This document shows positions 57,801-64,000 of a DNA stretch of 64,000 nt, one piece after another. The stretch covers positions 2,816,001-2,880,000 of the forward strand of contig OZ244207.1 in NCBI GenBank assembly GCA_965216875.1. The letters run 5' to 3'. The stretch comes from Rubripirellula sp. Lineage in GTDB: Bacteria; Planctomycetota; Planctomycetia; Pirellulales; Pirellulaceae. Under the pieces are notes generated by a model, which saw only the letters and a list, made by a program, of their open reading frames with translations, was not told the origin of the DNA and did not search any database. The number at the start of each line of letters is the position of its first letter. The stretch's first letter is position 1. The translations under genes and the position numbers were made by a program.

Positions 57801-58513
57801 ATCGAGACAAGAATCGGACGGCCGACCAATCCGAACTGATTCCCAATGAACAGCGTCGCGCCTACGCGATGGCTCGATCCGTGATCGATTCGATCAGTCA
57901 CTCGCTCGATTCCGTTGCCGACCGCCCGCGCGAAGAGGTCGCTGTTTGGCTCCATCCCTGGATCAACCGGTATCAAGAAATCAATCGCTCGATCAACCGA
58001 GACGCAAACATCAACGTGGCGGATGCTGACCCGCTGCCGAGCCAAACCGACATCGCCGCATTGCGTTCCGACCCGATTCCCAAAGAACAACTTCAATGGG
58101 AATCGCTCGACCAGCAACTGGCAATGCTCATCGAACCCTATCGCGGACAAAAGGTCCAACAAGTGCACGCGTTGGACACGTGGCACCTTAAGGGATTCGT
58201 CCTGCATGAAGTGACGCGGCTTTCGGCAACCAACCGTCCGGCGTCCCTAAGCGATTCATCATCGCAAGACCTGGGTCTGCGCACGATCCTGGTCAACTTG
58301 CTCACGCTTGTTTTGGTCGCCGGCTTGCTGGCGTGCCTGTGGCCAGCCCGGCAATATGTCCAACCCGTGATCGTCCATCCGGCGTTCTGGCTTGGCATCA
58401 TCGGCTTGTTTGGAATGGTTGTCGCTCCCCTTCCAGTCGCGGCCGGCATCGTCCTCGCAGCCATCGCATTGCCGGCAATTCCCTATCCCCGATTGATCAA
58501 CCGTCGAGCCTGA
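51887..58513 (+). CDS. Giant hypothetical membrane protein (about 2200 aa)
   Basis: GTG 51887 overlaps the upstream TGA. Signal-like N-terminus; two large soluble regions, each followed by a three-helix hydrophobic cluster. Confidence 0.87.
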   Translation: MTYESSAVGQDRAGFLVQSVPRIVVALLLVASLVGPKTCAQQPSGDAILPPTLSDGRPLRPIGFFQSQAPELVPEDYFPVEVDELNAAIRERLESTVDDRSSRLRSAEYWIRVVDGTLVSDPSIIDLESNREGIVRRNLGKVNFAIDGPQRSENSNALSTLPRLESSPNGDLHVVFQSDASTKSDVEFKWRLFGKNVGSGHDFLLRLPRCPQTRIVLAAPSELVVDSLDGVLRKRPAPPPDAGQFLTDANTRWYELDAGGLTSVRLRTRRSNQSQQSETIVVRRTSFQYSVNAGLLDWESRMIVQVPANRKLPPVIVSPTTITSVRVNGVETTFSTDTRDRNRHLVNIDLPGDMYGTTSPATTITLSGKGTWEETSGWCNLPMPVLVDQQVVHASTADEMQMSVPQNLDVMQWQIPAGWKRKHSVDAGRIVYQATGPPQITPPIVGASATNRSRVRLRDAGPMQLADSQLLVEVTSAGLRAKAQMNVTLRDNQLEPIDFELQRGWTLDSVSIPSSKRDIDISRQLSARRLTIWPEAADVADGQLAIEFNGTSRVGLVQRRVMPTWFCRPTHLRGTSTIAVVAPTDLNWSGDAAAKIKRMDADELSDAQREFFGNVKETTLLFEPASGMTPALTLQAPGVSFNVSTTLLLQRDGNEIVESLIIETDSESQVLPELTVQTGSSQGRPPYRWLLQAVAGDSPPISLPSTDARSGSVEGEVTIDVSDRTLRDRRLVGRRRYALDGDLSIQLPSVPSAASQSSSVHVGSGLVLKEKDSSVLSIPATQAGDEIAASVPLTQSTSEGSNSQNLVTRLRYDAVKEPTIVVSRRELDPNVTIVWNEDVRIKASSRGTDYIEATYQVSTTRPFVIEHEPELKVVSVLRNGEPVDLADVPQRPISLLPGPPNETIRIVWNRDQISRQWFRQCRVPKLEASGIKVKSQYRLQASSDTFAPIALLQPPTLLSEQAIAMTPGQYVVLLRRNIALALGWFCAAIVFAASWYVARRSPFAIAIWVVLMIATACLWWPWHLAIVGWFTVPAVAAVLLVVSLAWTIDGSRFQRNREDIRVADSSEQSAIPTEDSHAFSVASISKTLGIFLFIVSCAVAVARAQTPSSPQTRAVNVLIPVLEDGELSGTTVYIPKSLHDELFLRPSSSLPQEAWFQSASYRVQTNNSRDSSKQQPPLVEADLLLHIESGDRQTNLTKLPYAFSSVRRIETIGELSRIIQFNKADDGTVVARLPRGNAFRLRVTLIPAMSESDQWEKLFLSIPPIASSRLTVEGDQNFAAVRVGGTSGRLMKEADLLRWIDEIGPVNSLEVEFQKPTRGAGSQPPLQRRYWLNISNRHVAIDCEVDPPVIPTVGQTVQLVIRDQELPTLTSSAWGLVKTELVSSSRQLLTLECLSSNPGPVRFFWSRPLFDAADGEDTASIEIPEVIAPALGANSEGWIAFDLADDVKLTDISEQVEALSIDHFLAGWQGYRGTKPDRARIAVNRIPAITIARVVPRPPSAKSSHHLHISRSQSQLRYRATLEPGDSTSLPRTLKLPLGMRLLDVRVDGKRIEASINTRKRPNEVALGVVSSEEPVEIEATAVLDFFGKSRMALPRFRLDPMVDTDESYSISRTRDVKITFPTAIAKISNESIGINDQFLERGWVPEASWVRKSTDQGPIAGGRISVTPLTATFACSQLIALDREDGRWSMNVDVRFHSNKIPDFVDVELPKAWTSSLDASPTQNWILLPSVNPANQLVRIHCDPKRLRDGDGSNGAGPTFDRTLSIRAYLDDAENGRVAAPNVRVLGDGARNVQIAVPTRLGQDAVSWRTSAVEASQLDQAWRKQRPELARRSVFTAAKREWSVELAPRPQIEADAMATTMDARVFPRADGALVIARWDIIPGGLDSIDVVVPNGASCLGAWTAGRAVTAVPVSESDWAKAGQVYRLPLALSQLAQPVELMLHVPTTKTRQGQYLPELVKIPVTQRWLASYRDKNRTADQSELIPNEQRRAYAMARSVIDSISHSLDSVADRPREEVAVWLHPWINRYQEINRSINRDANINVADADPLPSQTDIAALRSDPIPKEQLQWESLDQQLAMLIEPYRGQKVQQVHALDTWHLKGFVLHEVTRLSATNRPASLSDSSSQDLGLRTILVNLLTLVLVAGLLACLWPARQYVQPVIVHPAFWLGIIGLFGMVVAPLPVAAGIVLAAIALPAIPYPRLINRRA

Positions 58514-58641
58514 CGGGCATTCGATTCATCAACGCGGACAATTGAATCAACGATGTGGGCTGGAGTCCAACATCGTGTTTCGGATTCAACTATCATTTCG
58601 CTCTTCTAGCTCTGCCTTCCATTGTCAAGATTGTTGCGCCC

Positions 58642-60681
58642 ATGCTCCGACTCATCTGCCTTGTCACCGCCACATTGATCATGGCTCCCGCCGCCTTCAG
58701 CCAAGGGTTCGCAGGCGCAAAGATCGTCACCTTCCATGGCTACGACGACTGCATCGAGCTATCCAATGCGAGGACTCGTGTCGTCCTTTGCCCCGCCGCC
58801 GGTGGTCGCGTCCTTGTGTACTCACTCGACGGCAAGAACATGCTTTACTTGCCCGATGAAGGGCAGGGCTACCATTACGACCCAAACTCGAACCAACGCG
58901 GTGCAGCGATGAACGCGGGCCGGTTCGACATCGGCCCTGAAAAGTTGGTCAATCGTGGCCGCGTGCTCTGGCAAGGACGTTGGGATGGTGAACTGACGGG
59001 TGACCGCAAGGCCCGACTCACGAGTCAATACGATCCCCAGTCGGGCGTTCGTCTTGTCCGTGATTTTCAACTGGACCACACTTCTTCACGTCTTCGATGC
59101 ACTCAAACAATCATCAACGAATCGAAAAAGCCGGTCAGTCTCTGCTATTGGAGTCGGACGTTTGCCATTGGTGGCGGTGTCGCCGTCGTTCCACGATCGC
59201 CCATCCGGCGGTTCCCTGACGGATACGTACTTTATGAAAACGGCAATGAAATCACGATCAACGCGGAAGACCCAGCAATCCAAGTTACCGATGACACGGT
59301 GGTCGTGACACGCCCGCCGCGCAAGCCCAAACTCGGCTTTGATTCGCACTCTGGTTGGCTTGCCTACCTGGCGCCAAACGACCACATGTTCGTCAAGCGT
59401 TTCAAGACTTATCCGGAACGTGCCTACAACGAATTTGCCGGTCTTACGATTTCAATCTGGTACCCGAAATCGAATATGATCGAACTCGAGCCGATTGGCC
59501 CCGCCGAAAACTTGGCTCCAGGAAAGCAAGCGAGTTTTGGCGAAGAGTGGTGGCTTGTCCCCTACGAATTTCCCGCAGATGTTGAAAATGTCGACATCGA
59601 CAACGTTCGCAAGACGGTCAGAGGCAATACCGTGCCCGCAATGAGAGAAGCCGAACCACCCGCATCCCCCGAAGTCCACCCGGATCGAAGTGTCACTTTC
59701 CGATTTGTTGGCGAGGATGCTGACGAGGTAAAAGTCCAGCTCCTCGGAAAAGAGCATTCACTGCGTCAAGACGAAGACGGTCTTTGGTCGCTCACCACGA
59801 AACCACTCGAACCTGGCATCTACGACTATGTTTTTGTCGTCGACGGTGTTCGCGTTACCGACCCTCGCAATCGTTGGGTCAAGAAATGGAAGGTTTGTGC
59901 GAGCATGCTCGAAATCCCTGCGGAGACACCTCTGTTGACCGAGCGACAGACCGTCCCCCATGGCACATTGCACCACCAGATCTATGCATCCAAGACCACT
60001 GGAACCGAGCGTGATGTCGTGGTCTACACGCCCCCTGACTATCCTGCCGGCGATGACGAGCTGCCTCTGCTTGTTCTCTGCCATGGCAATGGCGACGACC
60101 AAACCGCTTGGACCGAAGTGGGGCGAGCCCAGAACATTCTCGACAATCTGATCGCGCAGAACGCTATCCCGCCGATGGTTGTCGCAATGCCGCATGGGCA
60201 TCCGATCCCGCTAAAGAACCACCATTGGTCTGATGACTACGGCGACCAAAACGAGCGTGCGATGGTCGACGACATTGCCAACGATCTGCTGCCGTTTATT
60301 GAGGCGAACTATCGTGTCTCGTCCGACCCCGACAAACGCGCCATCACGGGACTTTCGATGGGTGGTGGCCAGTCGATCGTGGCCGGCATGCTGCACCCCG
60401 ACAAGTTTCATTGGGTCGGTGCATTCAGCGCCGCAGCGCCTCGAGAAGACCTAACGACCACGGGCAAATGGCTTGTCGGCGACCTCGACAGGCACCAGCA
60501 ACGGAAGGTGTTCTGGATCGCATGTGGCGAAAAAGATTTTTTGCTTGACCGCAACCAAACCTTCTCCAAGCGTCTCAAAGCACTTGGCATTGAACACGAG
60601 TACGTCGAAACCGCCGGCGGGCATACGTGGGAAGTCTGGCGCGACTACCTTCCTGAGTTCCTTGGCATGATCTTCAAGTAG
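58642..60681 (+). CDS. Secreted fusion of a DUF4380/galactose-mutarotase-like domain with a CBM48-like + Fes-family esterase
   Basis: Signal peptide; CPAAGGRVL...IELEPIGP N-domain; SPEVHPDRSVTFR, VYTPPDY, GLSMGG nucleophile elbow and GGHTWEVW. Confidence 0.85.
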   Translation: MLRLICLVTATLIMAPAAFSQGFAGAKIVTFHGYDDCIELSNARTRVVLCPAAGGRVLVYSLDGKNMLYLPDEGQGYHYDPNSNQRGAAMNAGRFDIGPEKLVNRGRVLWQGRWDGELTGDRKARLTSQYDPQSGVRLVRDFQLDHTSSRLRCTQTIINESKKPVSLCYWSRTFAIGGGVAVVPRSPIRRFPDGYVLYENGNEITINAEDPAIQVTDDTVVVTRPPRKPKLGFDSHSGWLAYLAPNDHMFVKRFKTYPERAYNEFAGLTISIWYPKSNMIELEPIGPAENLAPGKQASFGEEWWLVPYEFPADVENVDIDNVRKTVRGNTVPAMREAEPPASPEVHPDRSVTFRFVGEDADEVKVQLLGKEHSLRQDEDGLWSLTTKPLEPGIYDYVFVVDGVRVTDPRNRWVKKWKVCASMLEIPAETPLLTERQTVPHGTLHHQIYASKTTGTERDVVVYTPPDYPAGDDELPLLVLCHGNGDDQTAWTEVGRAQNILDNLIAQNAIPPMVVAMPHGHPIPLKNHHWSDDYGDQNERAMVDDIANDLLPFIEANYRVSSDPDKRAITGLSMGGGQSIVAGMLHPDKFHWVGAFSAAAPREDLTTTGKWLVGDLDRHQQRKVFWIACGEKDFLLDRNQTFSKRLKALGIEHEYVETAGGHTWEVWRDYLPEFLGMIFK

Positions 60682-60724
60682 CCGCTTGGGTGCGAGCAAG
60701 CGAATGCACGCACCCAGCGTCAGA

Positions 60725-62404
60725 TCACAAACCACGTTGAAACTGCTTGAGCGGATGCTCGTCGATGCGGTGGATCCAGCGGCGATGGGCACCTGACTTG
60801 AACGTCGTGATGGTCAAGCCAATCGCAAAGCAAAGCATTCCTCCATGTAGTGGCCATCGAGAGCTTTCAACACCGAAGGTGTGCCACCCAATCTGGTTGC
60901 CGATTGCGATCACTGCACAAACCACTTGCAGTCCCAACACGCCAAACCAGCCGCTTCGCCGCACCACAAACAGATAGACCAATGTGATTCCGGCAATGAT
61001 CATCGGCCCTGCGAAGGTGATCCAATTCGGTTCATAGAACACACCGTACGAAACAGCCGCCGAGCTCGCTGTGATCAAAGCAGCCGAAGCCAAGACGCGC
61101 GCGGCCGTTGCAATCTGTGTATCGAATACCATTCCAATCACCATTAAAGCGGTCACGTTCAAGACGCCGGCCGTTGACGCGGCGATCGAATACTGTTCGT
61201 ACTCCACGCCCGCTTGAAGGATGGCCAGCGACACCAGAGGCGACAGGGCAATCCAACAAGCGTCGGACGTCCGCCGCTGCAAGCACACACCGAGGAAGAA
61301 GATGGATGCGTTTGCGGTAACCATCCAACGACCAACGCCAAGTTCTTCCCACGCTTGCGGAAGGGTTGCAAACAGGCTCAGTGCAATCAGCGAGCCAATA
61401 ACGGCGAACTCACAACCGCGGACTCGCAGCATCCAACCGTACAAGAAGATGCCGATACACACGACCAAGGCGACAGACGTCGAAGCGCCGCCATACTGCT
61501 GCAACTCGGGAGCGATCGACAACGTCGTCATTCCGTTACCGGTCGATGCCAACAGCAGCAATGCTGGCGCCGAGCAAAGCGTGACATAGGTGACACTCTG
61601 CCGACCGCTTGCTTTGCCATACTCAAGCACAAGCACCATGATCGCAGCGACAATCGGCAACAGCAGAAACGGTTCGAACCCAACACTGCCAAGGTACGAC
61701 CCAAAAGACATCCAAAGGGCATGTGATCGGATTCCCGCGCCAACGATCACGACTGCGAACAGACTCAGCGGATACCAGGGCCAACGCCAGGGAGTCCCAT
61801 TTTCGTTGAGCTCGACACCGAGCGAACGAACGGCGGGAATCAACAACAAAAACGCCGCGCCGATCGCCGATGAAAAGATTGGCCCCAGCCATCTCGCAAG
61901 CTGAAGGTTGTTTTCCGAGACCGCGTACCCGCCAATCACTGGCGAGGCAAAGAAGGCGACCAGAATGGTGTAGTAGCAGACCCGATACCAAAACGGAAAC
62001 TGTATTCGGCAGCAACGAATCACGAACTCCGACGACGCGATCGAAAACAACAGTCCGCCTAACAGGAAACGACCTCCGCCCTGCCAATCATTCAAGCAAA
62101 GAAGATCAAACCCAACTGACAAAGCAATGTGACTGATCGCAACCACCAGGAAAATCGATCGCGCGTCCTCCCACACCTTTCCCAATCGGACAACGCCGAT
62201 GACCGTGATCGACATCAGCAACGAATAGCCCACCATGCAAGCGGCAAGCAACGCGGATTGTTGATAGAGGTCGCCGCCTGGGCTGGCGACCATCAATCCG
62301 TAGATAATCAGAAAACAACTGATCAAATAGAACGGGTTCTGGGTGTACAGAAAGCTTCCCAGACGAGCCAAGCGATTCGAACCATCCACAAAACACCTCC
62401 ACAA
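60725..62404 (-). CDS. Hypothetical polytopic membrane protein
   Basis: More than 14 hydrophobic segments; YTQNPFYLIS and VWEDARSI motifs. Confidence 0.8.
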   Translation of the reverse strand: MWRCFVDGSNRLARLGSFLYTQNPFYLISCFLIIYGLMVASPGGDLYQQSALLAACMVGYSLLMSITVIGVVRLGKVWEDARSIFLVVAISHIALSVGFDLLCLNDWQGGGRFLLGGLLFSIASSEFVIRCCRIQFPFWYRVCYYTILVAFFASPVIGGYAVSENNLQLARWLGPIFSSAIGAAFLLLIPAVRSLGVELNENGTPWRWPWYPLSLFAVVIVGAGIRSHALWMSFGSYLGSVGFEPFLLLPIVAAIMVLVLEYGKASGRQSVTYVTLCSAPALLLLASTGNGMTTLSIAPELQQYGGASTSVALVVCIGIFLYGWMLRVRGCEFAVIGSLIALSLFATLPQAWEELGVGRWMVTANASIFFLGVCLQRRTSDACWIALSPLVSLAILQAGVEYEQYSIAASTAGVLNVTALMVIGMVFDTQIATAARVLASAALITASSAAVSYGVFYEPNWITFAGPMIIAGITLVYLFVVRRSGWFGVLGLQVVCAVIAIGNQIGWHTFGVESSRWPLHGGMLCFAIGLTITTFKSGAHRRWIHRIDEHPLKQFQRGL

Positions 62405-62673
62405 TTGGAGTGAGAATCTTCGGTGTGCTTCGGCCGAGCAGTACGGTTTGTTACGTACCTGACGCTTTGCTGGTTCTTAACGGTGCCAAGATTGCAACGA
62501 TTTGCGGGGGATTGCCCACAGAGTGACGATGATTGCCGCGTCGTTGTGGTAGGCGCGCCGTAACTTCGATAACCTGGATGCTTGGTCGCGCGCGTCGTGG
62601 TCACTCCCTTTTGATACTCAATGGCTCGTCGTGTTGATTCGGCGACCCTCCCCGCATCACCTGAGGTGTTTTG

Positions 62674-63237
62674 ATGAAACTGAAATCCATCGCAATCGCC
62701 ATGCTGCTCGCAGTCGGACTGCCGCAGCTTGCAACCGCCGAACAACTCAACGCAGTCGAAAGTGAATCGACAATCAAATTCGTCGGGTCAAAAGCTGACG
62801 GCAAACATGAGGGTGGCTTCAACAAATTCACCGTCAATGCCGAGGCGGATTTCCAAGACGCGTCGAAAAGCTCGATCTCCTTTGAAATCGACGCCAAGAG
62901 CATTTGGTCCGACAATGACAAGTTGACCAACCATCTAAAGAGCCCAGACTTTTTCGACGTTCGCAACAATCCAACGATCACGTTTGAGTCGACCGAGATC
63001 GTTCCCGGCGAAGCCAAGGAAGGAAAAGCGAAAGGGACTGTCAAAGGCAAGATGACCATGATCGGAAAAACGGTCGAGGTCGAGATCCCAATCACCGCGG
63101 AAGTCAACGAAGACGCGTTGCACCTAAAGGCCGAGTTTTCGATCGACCGCACCAAGTGGGGCATGACCTACGGCCAAGGCAAGATCAACAACGATGTCGA
63201 AATCAAAGTCGACATCGCGTTCAAGCGTGAAGGCTGA
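62674..63237 (+). CDS. YceI family protein
   Basis: Signal peptide; STIKFVGSK, HEGGF, LTNHLKSPDFFDV...P.ITF.ST and IDRTKWGM. Confidence 0.93.
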   Translation: MKLKSIAIAMLLAVGLPQLATAEQLNAVESESTIKFVGSKADGKHEGGFNKFTVNAEADFQDASKSSISFEIDAKSIWSDNDKLTNHLKSPDFFDVRNNPTITFESTEIVPGEAKEGKAKGTVKGKMTMIGKTVEVEIPITAEVNEDALHLKAEFSIDRTKWGMTYGQGKINNDVEIKVDIAFKREG

Positions 63238-63245
63238 GCGGTCTC

Positions 63246-64000
63246 ATGCTTGAAACCTCGACCATCCTTTGGTCGATCACTGCGCCAGCCGTGCTTGTGA
63301 TCATCGCAATCACGGCTGGCTCCTTTTGGGGCGACAAGTCACCGCGTCTCCAACGCGCATGCATGGCGATGGGCTGGTGGATCGCCATCCATCTCGCTCT
63401 CATTGCCGGTGATCAGTGGAACTGGCCGATCCCAACGTTTGAGACGGAAGCTTCCGGCGATCCCGTCGAAGCTTGGCGTTTCGGAACCTGGGGCCTGCTC
63501 GCCATGACCGTTGCGTCGTGGCTGGTGCTGTCGCCCAAGAACGAGACGGATACCCATACCAGCTCCCTCGCCTTTTCCGTCATCGCACTCTTGACCCTCC
63601 TGATCATCACCCCAACGGGCGACAACTGGGAAGACACGACGGCACTGCACCGAGTCTGGATACCGATCACCGCCATCGCCTTCATGACCAATTGTCTCGG
63701 AGTGATGTCGCTCGCGACAAAGGGGGCGTCACGCTGGTGTTTGTGGGTTGCGTTGGCCGGTTTGTGCGGCCCTCTCGCCATGGCCCTGGCAACCTATGCC
63801 AGCTTGTCACATTGGTGCATCGCCATCCTGGTCGCCACCGCCCTGTTTGCAGTTGCCGCAAGCTTCACGTCGAAGGTTTCACCCGCGGTGATCCTTCCAT
63901 CCTCGATGCTTGCCGCGGTCGTCATCGTCTACGTCGCAAGACACTATTCGTACATTGACTACCCGGTCTGGACGAACGCGCTGGTCCTCTTCCTGCCGAC
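63246..64000 (+). CDS. Hypothetical membrane protein, truncated by the window edge
   Basis: Not in the ORF track. ATG 63246 (MLETSTILWSITAPAVLVII...) stays open to the end of the window with many TM segments. Confidence 0.75.
   Translation, partial: MLETSTILWSITAPAVLVIIAITAGSFWGDKSPRLQRACMAMGWWIAIHLALIAGDQWNWPIPTFETEASGDPVEAWRFGTWGLLAMTVASWLVLSPKNETDTHTSSLAFSVIALLTLLIITPTGDNWEDTTALHRVWIPITAIAFMTNCLGVMSLATKGASRWCLWVALAGLCGPLAMALATYASLSHWCIAILVATALFAVAASFTSKVSPAVILPSSMLAAVVIVYVARHYSYIDYPVWTNALVLFLP

Noticed and set aside
62481..62496. Possible sigma-54 promoter CGGTGCCAAGATTGCA upstream of the YceI gene
   Set aside because: GG-N10-GC spacing is right, but the -24 element deviates from TGGCAC; a chance match is too likely.
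1..64000. tRNA, rRNA, transposase or integrase genes
   Set aside because: None recognised by eye. A tRNAscan-SE or Rfam search would be needed to exclude small RNAs formally.

Overview
A 64-kb window of moderately GC-rich bacterial chromosome, most likely a planctomycete of the Pirellulaceae. The evidence is two proteins with the 'RLE(S/T)LETRRLLA' planctomycete export motif and C-terminal dockerin-like repeats, an ECF sigma factor coupled to a Ser/Thr kinase, PQQ-like beta-propellers, and DUF1598- and BBP7-like genes. It holds about 38 CDS. Housekeeping and metabolic genes include a FAD/Fe-S oxidoreductase, folE, dcd, a Lon-N domain protein, a BI-1/YccA protein, an aldehyde dehydrogenase, a CoA-disulfide reductase-rhodanese, a GT2, YyaL and YceI. 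There are also signalling genes, two ATPase-less export-adaptor pairs, a pair of giant coupled membrane proteins and many REP/MITE-like intergenic palindromes. The most unusual element is at 32895-34006: a tandem array of five hairpin-forming units of about 155 bp lying 87 nt upstream of a GxxExxY (PD-(D/E)xK-like) gene. The stems show compensatory and G-U-compatible changes, and the four best units carry a fixed-length 9-nt variable loop segment. I saw no rRNA, tRNA, CRISPR-cas or transposase gene. All family calls are from motif recognition by eye, not database searches.
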